A stretch of DNA of 64,000 nt from assembly GCA_976551045.1 (NCBI GenBank), contig CDPCPM010000060.1, positions 3,348,001 through 3,412,000 of the forward strand, written 5' to 3'. The translations under genes and the position numbers were made by a program. The notes under the pieces are model-generated. The model had not been told where the DNA came from. It did not search any database and worked only from the letters and a program-made list of their open reading frames with translations. This DNA is from Glaucostegus cemiculus (Eukaryota). Positions 27,411 through 37,838 of the stretch are shown here, in pieces; positions within the stretch are counted from its first letter, which is position 1; each line of letters starts with the position of its first letter.

Positions 27411-28542
27411 TTTTGATCCTGATTTTTTTTGTTCCAGAGCAAGCAGACAATTTTCATTTATTTATATGTATTAGAGAAATCCAAATGAATATTTAACGTA
27501 TAAATTGAGGAATTGGGGTCTGTAGAGCTTTGCTTCTTAAGCAGATGGTGATAGCCTTAGAATGGTGTAAATTAAAGGACCATTTATATAACTGATTTGT
27601 TGCTGATGACAGGTCCACCTACAAGTGCTGCAAAGCACAAAATCATGGTGTGACTGGTTATTCCATCTTTTTACCACAAAATTAGTGTATTAGTGACTTG
27701 TTGTTGTACTTATACTTACCCTGTACAGACGGATAATTTTATGGTCTTTCTGGAACCAATGAGCAAGGACTGTAAAGTAACGGTTTTAAACGAGCTGTAC
27801 ATTAGAATACTTCCAAAGGAATTTTGATAGCTACAAAATTCACACTATAAGTAAACCAGCTACCGGAGTATGGTGCAGGTTGAGGGTGCTGCTGACTGTG
27901 GGCAGGGTTTGTTGTGGGTATCATATGCCCAAGTGGTTTATTCAAGTTCTTTGTGTGAGAATGAGTGCAGGGGTAAATTTAAATTTATTTCCGAGATCAG
28001 CAGTGACCTCACCGTGCTTGAAACTAATGGCAAATGCAAGACCCTTTTATCAGTTGTGTGACTCTGGGACATGTGCTGATCTAGGCTGGGATTTTATCAG
28101 TGAATGTTGTACCCTCGGTCAGGAAAACACTATTAGGAAATAGACACCCTTTATTGATATTGTAAGGGATAGCCAATTTTCCATTCAGATGCAGGACATC
28201 CATTCTAATACATAACTATTGGCAATCAATTCCTACAGAAAGTTAGATTTTCACAACCGTTCCCTGGAGCCCCTCTAGAGTTGGCTTATGGTTGTTGGAC
28301 CCTCCTCCTTTTCAGACCATTCCAGTTTGTCTTCTAACTTTGCTGAATTTAGCAAGCAGCTGTAAATTATTTGGCCTTTGGTATTATAAACTGGATCTTG
28401 GGAGTGCATTCTAAAGAGTTTTGCTGGTCTCCCTGTGTCAGAGTGCACTGCACCTGCAATTTTTGCCAGCAGGTAATGGATAATGATGCTGTGTTATGAT
28501 GTTATTACTAAAATACTAAGTCTGCATTTAGTCACATCACAA

Positions 28543-28708
28543 CAGAGAGATTTTTGATAAGCAAGGAGATAGGTTACTGGGGGTAGACAGGAATGCAGAC
28601 TTGAGGTTTCAATCAGATCAGTCATGATCTTATGGAAAGGTGGAGAGGGCTTAAGGGACTGACTGGCTTACTCCAGTTACTAATTCATATGTTCATTTGT
28701 TCGAATGC
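28543..28708 (+). mobile_element. CR1 LINE 3' end
   Basis: AGATTTTTGATAAGCAAGG...CAGATCAGTCATGATCTTATGGAAAGGTGGAGAGGGCTTAAGGGACTGACTGGCTTACTCC, with a short repeat tail (ATGTTC/TTGTTC). Confidence 0.8.
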
Positions 28709-29939
28709 CATGGTGACATCTAAAGACAATGACCAGCATTTGGCTCACCCCTCCCAGTTCACGACCACCCAGATTCACATCATCCCGATGTGGAGGGCCG
28801 GATAAGCTGACTCTCCACCCCTGAGAATTGGACGCTGAGGCTGAGTGAGGCCTCAGTGGGTACGTGCGCCCCCTGTCCCCAGCAGAGGCCAAGCTTAGGG
28901 ATCGGAACCCTGCCTCCTGTCAAAGTTGGGAGGTATTTTAATAGATTTTAAGTATCTCTGATTAATTAAAATTGAGGTACAAAATAAAAATATTACTATT
29001 TTTAGAAAAGATATTATTTATAAGCCTATTAAAGACTTAGAAATGATTAAAGGCATTAAAAGAAGTAAAAAAAAGTTAACTTCCCTTTCAGCTCCTAATC
29101 TGCAGGTCAGTCAGAAACCCCCTTTCAAATGAATAGGGCTTCTGACCCAACACAAGGTCAGCGTGTTCAGGCTCCGCCGTTGGACTTCGTGTGGAGTCAA
29201 GCAGTGGAGTGATGTGACAAATACACTGGCATCTTTCACTCAATTTGTCTCAGCATCAGTAATTCCAGCAGCTGCCAGCAAAACCCAGTGTAATATGGGA
29301 CTTGCTTGTTGCCAATATGAAACAATTTAGATGGAACATGGGGGACCCTCTGTGAGAACTGACACTCTAAGAATAATATAAAAGTTGATGATATTATTAA
29401 ATCAAATATAATGTTTCATTACACTGTCTGTACATGACTTGTTACACACTTTTTATGAACATTATTTTTGACATCTATATCATGGTGATAAAAACAGGCG
29501 ATTATTTTGTGGAGGTTAGTTACCAGAACAATTGCGTTGATTACACAGCTGCAGTAAATGAATGACAATTTGGAGACTCCAGTCAGGCTTTTATTTGTGA
29601 AATGTTATGGTGTAGCTTCTGCAAATATGTAGGTCATGTGAGTTTATTTCAAGACAATAAGAGGTGCAAGCATCCCTCCCTGGTCTATATGCAAGAGTAT
29701 GCCAAAAGTATCAGATTTGTTTATTTAAAACCAAGTTTGATTTGATTCTTCATCAGAACTTGAGACCTCACTATTCTTGGAGGTGGTTAGCTGCATCCCC
29801 ACCAATTTGCTCCACTGACAGACCCTGCTGACACTGAGTCATGTTTTTCTTGGGTTCACTTATGTAGGAATTTGCTCATCAGTTAGTACATGCATTTCAT
29901 ACTGTGACATTAGGCACTGCAAAGCAGGAAGCATCAAGG

Positions 29940-30045
29940 TTAAGTTTGGATGCAAGGTCATCGACATGAAATGTAAAATTCTGCTTCTCTTTCCACAGAT
30001 GCTGCCTGAACTGTTGAGTATTTCCAACACTTTCTGTTTTTAACC
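29940..30045 (+). mobile_element. Penelope-like terminal-repeat relic
   Basis: AAGGTCATCGACATGAAATGT...CTCTTTCCACAGATGCTGCCTGAACTGTTGAGTATTTCCAACAC. Confidence 0.65.
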
Positions 30046-31079
30046 CAGGTTCAGTGCCTCATGCTAGGTAGGAGAACAATCAATATTGGCTTCTTAAATA
30101 AAGAGATGTGATAGGTAAGGATGGGAATGAAATGGCCTTTGATACTGAATGCAATTATATACCACTACTGATAGTTATCACCTTGGAGAAGAGGGGAGGA
30201 TGGTTACAAAGACATTTGTGATGAGGTAGTTTACAATTCAGTTTTACTAGTTTGGTTCATAATTGCAAAGAGCTACATCTGTCTGGACAGACATGAGCTT
30301 CTGCAGCAATATATTTCCATCATCATGATTTACCTGCCTATATGGTAATTATTTTGGTCACTCTCAGCCCTACAGCCTCTGCAACAGATAAGGTGTTCAC
30401 TCAGGTGGAATGAATGGGAAGAAGGGGAAAGCAGAGAAAGAGGGCACTGACATTATCCAGCTTGTCCTGACAGTATGACAGCTGGTGGTCTTTGAGAAAA
30501 CCATTGCAAAGGCCTTCCTGACCCACAAATTGGCAAGCAGCCTTTGAAGGAAAAGCAGAGATCATAAAAAAAATTCCACTAGCATTGAACCTGCTAACCC
30601 GTGTAACTGCCTAATGAATAACAGCTTTAATCTAATCAATATGACCATAAAAAATAAGGCTGTTCTGCACGAGAGCCTCGTGGTTTCTAATGTCTGGGTG
30701 GTGGTGTGGTGGGGAGGAGTTGGTATGGAGTAGGGAACACAACTCACAAAGTATTGTATTACAAAGCAGCTCAAAAACAGCCACTAAGCAGAATACAATA
30801 ACATCAGAGGAAATAAAGCACAGGACTCCAAATCGCTTACCACCTCCACCCTCCTCCTAACTTCCCCACCCCCCACAGAGGGCGCCTGCAGTCCTGTTAA
30901 TGAGTAGAAATTTATTAAAGTATTTGTTGTTATAATCATACTGGTTCATTGTACAGGGTTAGGGTTAAGCACTGTAGCATTATGCGTTAATGAGTTTAGA
31001 TTGGATTGGTTCTCCACGTTGGCCTATAAAAACAGTTATGAAAATTAGTAAAAGTCAACTATGCCAAACATAATTTTTA

Positions 31080-31760
31080 GTCTACCCCACGGACAAGCTA
31101 GTTATATTTTACAATTACAGGTAATATGAGTCTTTCTGCATTGTTCTATTCTTCCCATAACTCAGAGAAATGACTCCCAATGACAAATTTGTATTGAAAA
31201 TTTGTTTTGCAACTTTTTTTCCCCAAGAAATTTTGGCGCAGGCTGAGGAATTAAAAAAAAACAGAGTGAAGTTTGTTAAATTCAGCATGTTGCACACATG
31301 CTGAATCCCAGATCTGCTCTGTATTTGCATGTTAATTGTTAGAATGACTAGAGTGCAATTACATTTATTAGCCATTCTCCTCCCTACCCCTCACCCCACA
31401 TTCACCCCCCCACCCCAAACTTTACGCTGGTAGCTTTGCTACAAATATTTTCTCAGTGAAATCAACCCCATTACAATAAAATGCTTTATTGTGCTTTTGG
31501 AGAGCATCATGCACAGGAAATCACAAATATAAATTCAGAATGCAAAATTCAAGGGCTGCGGAATGTATATCACTCTGACAGCCATTAGTCAGGCCAAAAA
31601 TGGAATTCTTTGTCTGGAATAACTCTTTTCTTTTTTTTTGCAGCTTGTAACTCTTGAAATATTTGTTAACTGAAATTGTACATTGAAGCAGTAATTATAT
31701 CAGAGTGATGTACAGTAGCTGTGAGATGTGTGTCTTTTTATTAAAATCTCCAAAAAGGAA
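31080..31760. promoter_or_regulatory. Candidate conserved non-coding element
   Basis: Unique block with octamer ATTTGCAT at 31323-31330, several TAAT/ATTA cores, TGACAG, and an 11-bp inverted repeat at 31280-31306. Confidence 0.35.
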
Positions 31761-32269
31761 GTGTCTGGTTAACTTGTGTTCAGGGTGTTTGATTTTTAAA
31801 CAAAATTAATATTTTTCTAGTGGGGCCTTAAAATCATTAGTAAAATTTACTGACCTGTTAGCAAACTCCCACATTTAGTGTGATGATGCATAGTTCATTT
31901 GTGTGCCCATAAAATAATAAGACATTTCTATGTGACTACAGAACACAAGTTATTAAAGTTTAATTTACTTTTTCATGCCAGAGTACACAGCAATGCAACC
32001 TCTGCATGCCATGTGTTTTATCATTAAGGCATGAAAGGAGCATCTCCGGAGCTATACAGGGAGATTGTTGACTTTAACTGGTAGGTAATAGTTATCATAA
32101 ATTTATTGAAAAATGTGGAAATGCTAAAAGAATAAATGCAGAAATTTAGAATGATGAAGTAGACAGTGTAAGAAAGGCAGAAAATAAGCAAATAGAGAGT
32201 CAACATGGCAGACAATAAGGCATGGAATAAGAAACCCAGTGAATATGACAGGCTGTGAAATATGAAAAG

Positions 32270-32520
32270 CATATGGAGAGGGGAACAAGTGGTGAGTTAG
32301 TGCAAAATGCAAAGGGATATTGAGAGTAGGAAAGAGCTATAGAAAGAAGGAAGTGCAGAGTAATACAAGATTCAGAGAGTGAGAGAGACAGAAAAAGATA
32401 TGGAGAAATAGATAATGAGATATATAGAGAGCAGGACTCCGACAGAAAACAGACTAAGTCATAGATAGTGAAGTAAAGATTAGGAACAGAAAGAGACAGT
32501 GATGATGAGATAGAAAAAAG
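32270..32520. repeat. Decayed GA-rich low-complexity tract
   Basis: Purine-skewed GAGA/GATA/GACA runs. Confidence 0.6.
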
Positions 32521-34404
32521 TGCACATTGCATGTTTGGCTCCACCTTGATCTTCAGAATTGGAATGTTTTGCATTAACAGTCGTGTATGAACTCAGCATT
32601 AACATCGCCAACAGCACAATCCTCAACATTTAGACTCAAGATGGAAATTGGGGATAAGCACTCAATTTTCAGTGGGGTTCTGTCTTGGATTTGACAGCTA
32701 ATTGTAAATCAAGTTAAAAAGTGAATTGACAAGTGATCTCCAGTTGACCATTACTAGGAGCTAAGATTTTATTCATCATAGAAAACCTGAATATTCTGAC
32801 ATTCAGATGTTCAAATCTTCCAACACAGAATATCCATTGAGGTAACATGTAGCTGTTGTTATAAAAAAAAATCCCAGAAGGTACATTTGGCTAACCTCTT
32901 CATCAAAATATATGACTGGATTGAAAATCCTTTTTTCTGGTGCTGATCATAAGTGTAGTTATTGAAAAATAATTTGTATGTTCATATGTTCAAATTCCAA
33001 ATAAATCCAGTTTCCAGCAGATGGTAAAGGATTATCCACGGTGTAGCCCTGAGACATAGGCATGGGAATTAGAAATGTCACACTTACATGGTCAGGATTA
33101 CTTTCCTGAGGCTGGGGTTAGGATTTGTAGCAGGGTTTAAAGTGCATTGCTTGGGTAAAGTAAACTTCACATTTGATGTGTGAACTCTCAATGTCAGCCT
33201 TGAGACTAAGAATAAAATATTTCAATTTGCAGTCCTGAAACCCTAATCTTGATGAGCACAAAATCCACCCTACAGTATCCTATTAGTAGTCGTCTTATCG
33301 TTCAGAGCACTGTTGCTTGTGGTAGTTTACTCATTTGTTTGCTTCAAGCAGTAAATTCCTTTCTCAGAAAACAAATATACAGAGCATAGCTATGCCTTCA
33401 GTTCTGCTTGTTGTGAAGTTTATGTTTAGATTTCCTCATCAATGCCAGACAAAACTATTAGATCAACGGTTGCAATTCAGACTTCTATACAAGGGTATCT
33501 TTGAAATAACTGGGCACTTGTACAAATGAGAGGAGGGGGAAAGAGGATGTGTTTGAACTAGGAAATGATTGGGACCCCAAGAGGTTGTTGCTCCAGAAAA
33601 ACTATATGGAACCTCAAACCTCAGAATTTGCAATCTAGTTTCACATTCTTCCACATAGTTGGTGGTAGTTTCCAGACTAGGTTTCCAAAATAGTTTTCTG
33701 GTAAACTTCTGATGAAACTAATAATACATCCTTGCACATCATGATTAGAAATGTATAGAGTAATGGGTTGGGATGGGGGTGTACTGGTGATGGTGGTGGG
33801 TACTGGGGAAAGGATCCATGCCACACAGTATTATCACTATTGTTTTGTGGGAGATAACCATTAGTGATCTTGTGAAAAGACCTCAAGAGCTCAGAAAGGT
33901 TTTTGCAGAATATTATTTGTCCAGCACATTCCCTGCTCTTATTGTAGCACCAATATGGTGCATTTTGCAGGATCCTCCTGCAGTTCAGTCTAACTGGGGT
34001 TAAGTATTAAGAACTTGGCTTAGTCTTAACCCTGTATTTCTTGATTCTCGAGTAATTTACTCACCTGTCCCTTCCTCGTATCGCAGCATGCAGATCTATG
34101 TCTCAAGTCCTTTGCTTGTACCTGACAGTATGATATTAGTTCTTAAGTGAGAAATTTATAGAGCAGCAAAACAAAGTGCTTATTCTTCTGATTAGCTATG
34201 GGTAGTTTTTATGATTCCTTCAAGGTAGGTGGGCAGTTTAAGTAACCTTCACCGTACTATTTTTGTTGCAGTATGTGCTTGAAGATTTATGAATCTTTGA
34301 TGAGAAATGATGCAAGGGTGTGAAAACCTCTCAATTAAATCAATTTCTGCCTATCCTAACTGTTTTCAAAATGAAAATTGTGAAAATGATGTCTTATAAG
34401 CTGC

Positions 34405-34700
34405 ACCTTCAGGCCTTGAACACATAATCTAGGGAGACATTCTAATGTTGTATTGGGCAAGTGCTATATTTTTGGAGATGTCAGCCTTTGGAGGGGATTT
34501 TAAAGAGAAGATTGGACAACCAAAATCCCATTATACCATTCAAAAATAACATTGGTGTAATTGAGGATATTACTATATGTAAAATACTTGTTAGATTTTT
34601 CTTCTTAGTAATAGAGTAGTATTGTAACAGTTGATTGTTTATAGTTCAATGAGATATTTTTGAATTATGTATATAAAATATATAAATATAGTCATTTTTC
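34405..34700 (+). mobile_element. Deu-domain SINE relic
   Basis: CCTTGAACACATAATCTAGGGAGACATTCTAATG..TATTGGGCAAGTGCT...TTGGAGATGTCAGCCTTTGGA resembles the Deu-domain 5' core. Confidence 0.55.
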
Positions 34701-34949
34701 TCTTTGAGAATGTCTATAGCTGTAACAAATGCTGCACTGCACACACAACTAAGGCATTAAGGCATTACAATTGGTGCCACAGTGTTTTATAATCAGACTT
34801 AGGATGTATACCAATTCTTGGAATAGACAGTCAAGTATATTGGGGTGAAGAGGTCTTCAAGAAGAAGTAATCATATCAATGTGACTTCTTTACCAGACTG
34901 ATTCTTGGGGTGGCAGATTAAGTTGTTACATTTTGTATTCACTGGAGTT

Positions 34950-35290
34950 TTGATGAATGAGAAGGGATTTAATTGAAAGTTATAAAATTCTGACAGGCCA
35001 AACAAACTGGATGCAGGATGGAAGTTTTCTAGGCTGGGGTACCTAAAATGAGGGGGCCCAGTCTCCATTACAGGGCAACAGACTTAGGACTGAGATGAGG
35101 AGTCATTTTTTCACTCAGATCGTGGTCAACCTGGGAAATTCACTTCCACGGAGGGCTGTAGAGACCAGGTCACTGAGTATTTTTTAAGGAGTAGATAGAT
35201 TTCTAGATGGAAAAGACATCAATGTGTATGGGGAGAGCACTGGAATATGGTGTTGAGATAAATGATCAGCCATGATTGATTATGCATTTC
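34950..35290 (+). mobile_element. CR1 LINE 3' end (ORF2 C-terminus + UTR), degenerate
   Basis: TTAGGACTGAGATGAGGAGTCATTTTTTCACTCAGATCGTGGTCAACCTGGGAA is homologous to the FRTEVRKNFFSQRVVNLW segment at 62260 onward. Ends in GATCAGCCATGAT. Confidence 0.85.
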
Positions 35291-35994
35291 TGTTGCTATT
35301 TGACAACATTCCAGAATTGGAACATATCTCTGTTGCTTTTTATACTCTGAAGATTATTTTCCAGTTGCAGTACAGACAAAATGGCAGCCCAGCTAAGTAG
35401 TTTTTAGGGTGTTCATGGTCATTATCATCACAGTTTTATTAAATGTTGCATCAGGATGATGTGAAAAACAAGAAGAGAGGAAGAGGATTTTAAATCTTAT
35501 TTTCATGTGGTTGCATTACTATTTAAGGGAAAAAACAGTTCTTTGGTTAGCAGCCTCGTGTTCTGGTAGTGTGGATATTGAAAAGCCTTAAGGTTTGCAT
35601 ACTTACAAGGAAAGAATTGGTCATACTCGGATTTGGACACATATCATCAGCAATGGCAAAAACATTGACTTATGCATGAACTAAACTAGTAGATTGTCAA
35701 ATGTAGAATGAAAAACCCTTAAAATGTTAGCCAAACAAAGCTGTGAGGTAGCAGCTGGCTCTTTGTCTAATGTCTAACAGCAAAGTACTGTTGTACATTT
35801 CCTTTGCAGCTTTCAAAATATGTACATTTCCTATCAAATAACTTCTGCAAAAATAACACTTTGCAAACTATTTTCAGCGGATGTTACAAAGTGGTCTTAT
35901 AATTTTGAACTGAGCCAACGTTTGTCTCCTTATTGGTAATGTTCTGTGGAACAACTAAAGTGCTTCACCTTTGCCTTGAGTTTCTTTACCCAAT

Positions 35995-36145
35995 CACTTA
36001 TCATGAGAGGACATTGACGTTAAATGTTAACCTTTTCTTTCTCTACAGATGCTGCTGAACTTTCGTAATGTTTCCAGCATTTCAGATTTCTGCATTTCTG
36101 AAAACACTTTCAGATTTCTAGTATCTCTGGCATCTTGTTTTTGTG
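35995..36145 (+). mobile_element. Penelope-like terminal-repeat relic
   Basis: AAATGTTAACC..TCTCTACAGATGCTGCTGAAC...TTTCCAGCATTTCAGATTTC. Confidence 0.55.
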
Positions 36146-37369
36146 TTGACCCGGAATAAAATTTATAAAAGCCAGACAGAAAATCTGTTATTACAGATAA
36201 AATTTCAGCCTAATGTCTGTTTGCCTTTTGCAGATCACGCCATAAGAAATATCAGCAGAAGCAGCATAATGATAGGTGATGAGAGAGTTCAGTGGAAATA
36301 AAAATTGCTGGACATATAAAATGGAGTGTAGATTTTTAATCACCCATTTTAAACTGTTGTCAGAAATCATTATCCCCACTTCCCTGACTCCTCAACCCCA
36401 TGGCAAATCATATGGATTGTAACTTTTGGGATCATAGAGATTTCTCAAGCATTCTTCTGAGACCTCTGTAAATAACAGTTGGAGACAATAGAGACAGTTT
36501 AATTATTGTATGGAACCACTGTAGCTCTACAAGACAAATGAGAAATCATCATCATCATCAATACAAAAATGTGGCTTTTACCTCCTCTACGACCCCACCC
36601 ATTTCTCAAAAGGAGTTGATGAAGTGGATTAAATTGAAGGATTCTATGTATTATGACAAGTTGTGAACATTGAAAGTATATTAATGAATTAGGTTTATAA
36701 CCTGTGCATAAATATCAATCCCCAATGCCCGTCAATACATAGCGTTTGTAAGACTATTTGAAAAGTATAGCAATGGTATTAAAAATACAATAGGCACATG
36801 TAAACAGTCTCTTTCTCACTACATCCTTAATGTGTTGAAATTGTAGCTCATTACACAGACGGCGACTCTTGACAGATTTTGTTCCTACTCTTATTCTTTA
36901 ACTGCTCAGTCTTTCCTTCCTTTCAGAATATCTAGAGATTTAAAATGCAAGGCTGGCAACATAAAGTTATTTTATCAACTACCCCCATGTACAACCCTTG
37001 TGTTACTCTCTGGCTAAGTGGTTCTGCAGTTTATGCCTCCTCCATCCTGCTAGATGACCCAAATGGTTGTTGATCATTGTATGCCAGATCTTAGCCCTAG
37101 ATTTTTTAAATTCATTCAAGGGATGTTGATATTGCTGGCAAGGCTACCATTTGATGCTCATCCCCAAATAAATAACTTACTGGTTCATTTCAGAGGCTGG
37201 TTCTCCAGGTGGGGGGGGGGGTCTAGAACTAAAGAACATAGGGGTGGTCATATTAATACTGAGAGGAGGAAGAACTTATTCCCTTAGAGGCATGTGAATC
37301 TTTAGAATCCTCTATCCCAGTGAGCTGTGGTGCTGAATCAGTGAGTTTATTCAAGGCTCAGACAGATAG

Positions 37370-37838
37370 GTGAAAATCAATAAAACTGCAGATACTGCAA
37401 ATCTGAAATTAAAAAAGATGCTGGAAAATTTCAGCAGGTCTGGTAGCAACAATTAACACTTCAGGTCCAGGACACTGTCAGAACTGAGAAAGAAAGAAAA
37501 GGTAGCAGATAAGTGGGGAAGGGATGGATAAAGCAAGGGAATGTTGTTCATAGGGTGAGACCAAATGGGCATGTTCCACAGCCTTGCTAGTAGCAACACA
37601 TTACAGGGCTAAAGAAACATAATGTGATTCTAAATGCTGCTTTAATTGCCCCTATTAACCCATTTGGTCTCACCAATCAGAGATATTCTCTTTATTCTAC
37701 CCATTTCTCCTCCACCTTCTCTGCTAAGTTGGTTTTTCTCTCTTTCCCAGTTCTGACGAAGAGTCCTAGACCTGAAAAGTTAACTGTTTCTCTTTCCACA
37801 AATGCTGCCTGCACACATGCTGCTTCCAGCATTATTTT
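37370..37838. mobile_element. Penelope-like fold-back insertion (inverted pLTR arms) with candidate 14-bp TSD
   Basis: Minus-strand arm ~37378-37500, plus-strand arm ~37650-37838. Flanks GCTCAGACAGATAG (37356-37369) and GCTTAGAGAGATAG (37839-37852) match at 12/14 positions. Confidence 0.7.
37748..37786 (+). ncRNA. Minimal type I hammerhead ribozyme motif (Penelope-associated, probably decayed)
   Basis: CAGTT-CTGACGA-AGAGTCCTAGACCT-GAAA-AGTT-AACTG: core boxes CUGANGA and GAAA, a stem II hairpin, and stem I CAGTT/AACTG. Confidence 0.6.

Noticed and set aside
27870-28061. ATG ORF with good Kozak context (MVQVEGAADCGQG...) as an alternative first coding exon
   Set aside because: No recognisable homology and only a weak donor (GG|GTAAAT); compatible with chance.
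28720-29290. GC-rich then AT-rich block possibly from a non-autonomous DNA transposon
   Set aside because: It looks repeat-derived, but I could not find terminal inverted repeats or a TSD to support a call.
30222-30290. let-7-like start TGAGGTAGT
   Set aside because: The middle of the 22-mer does not match let-7 family members, and the possible 3' arm pairs poorly, with a large bulge and mismatches.
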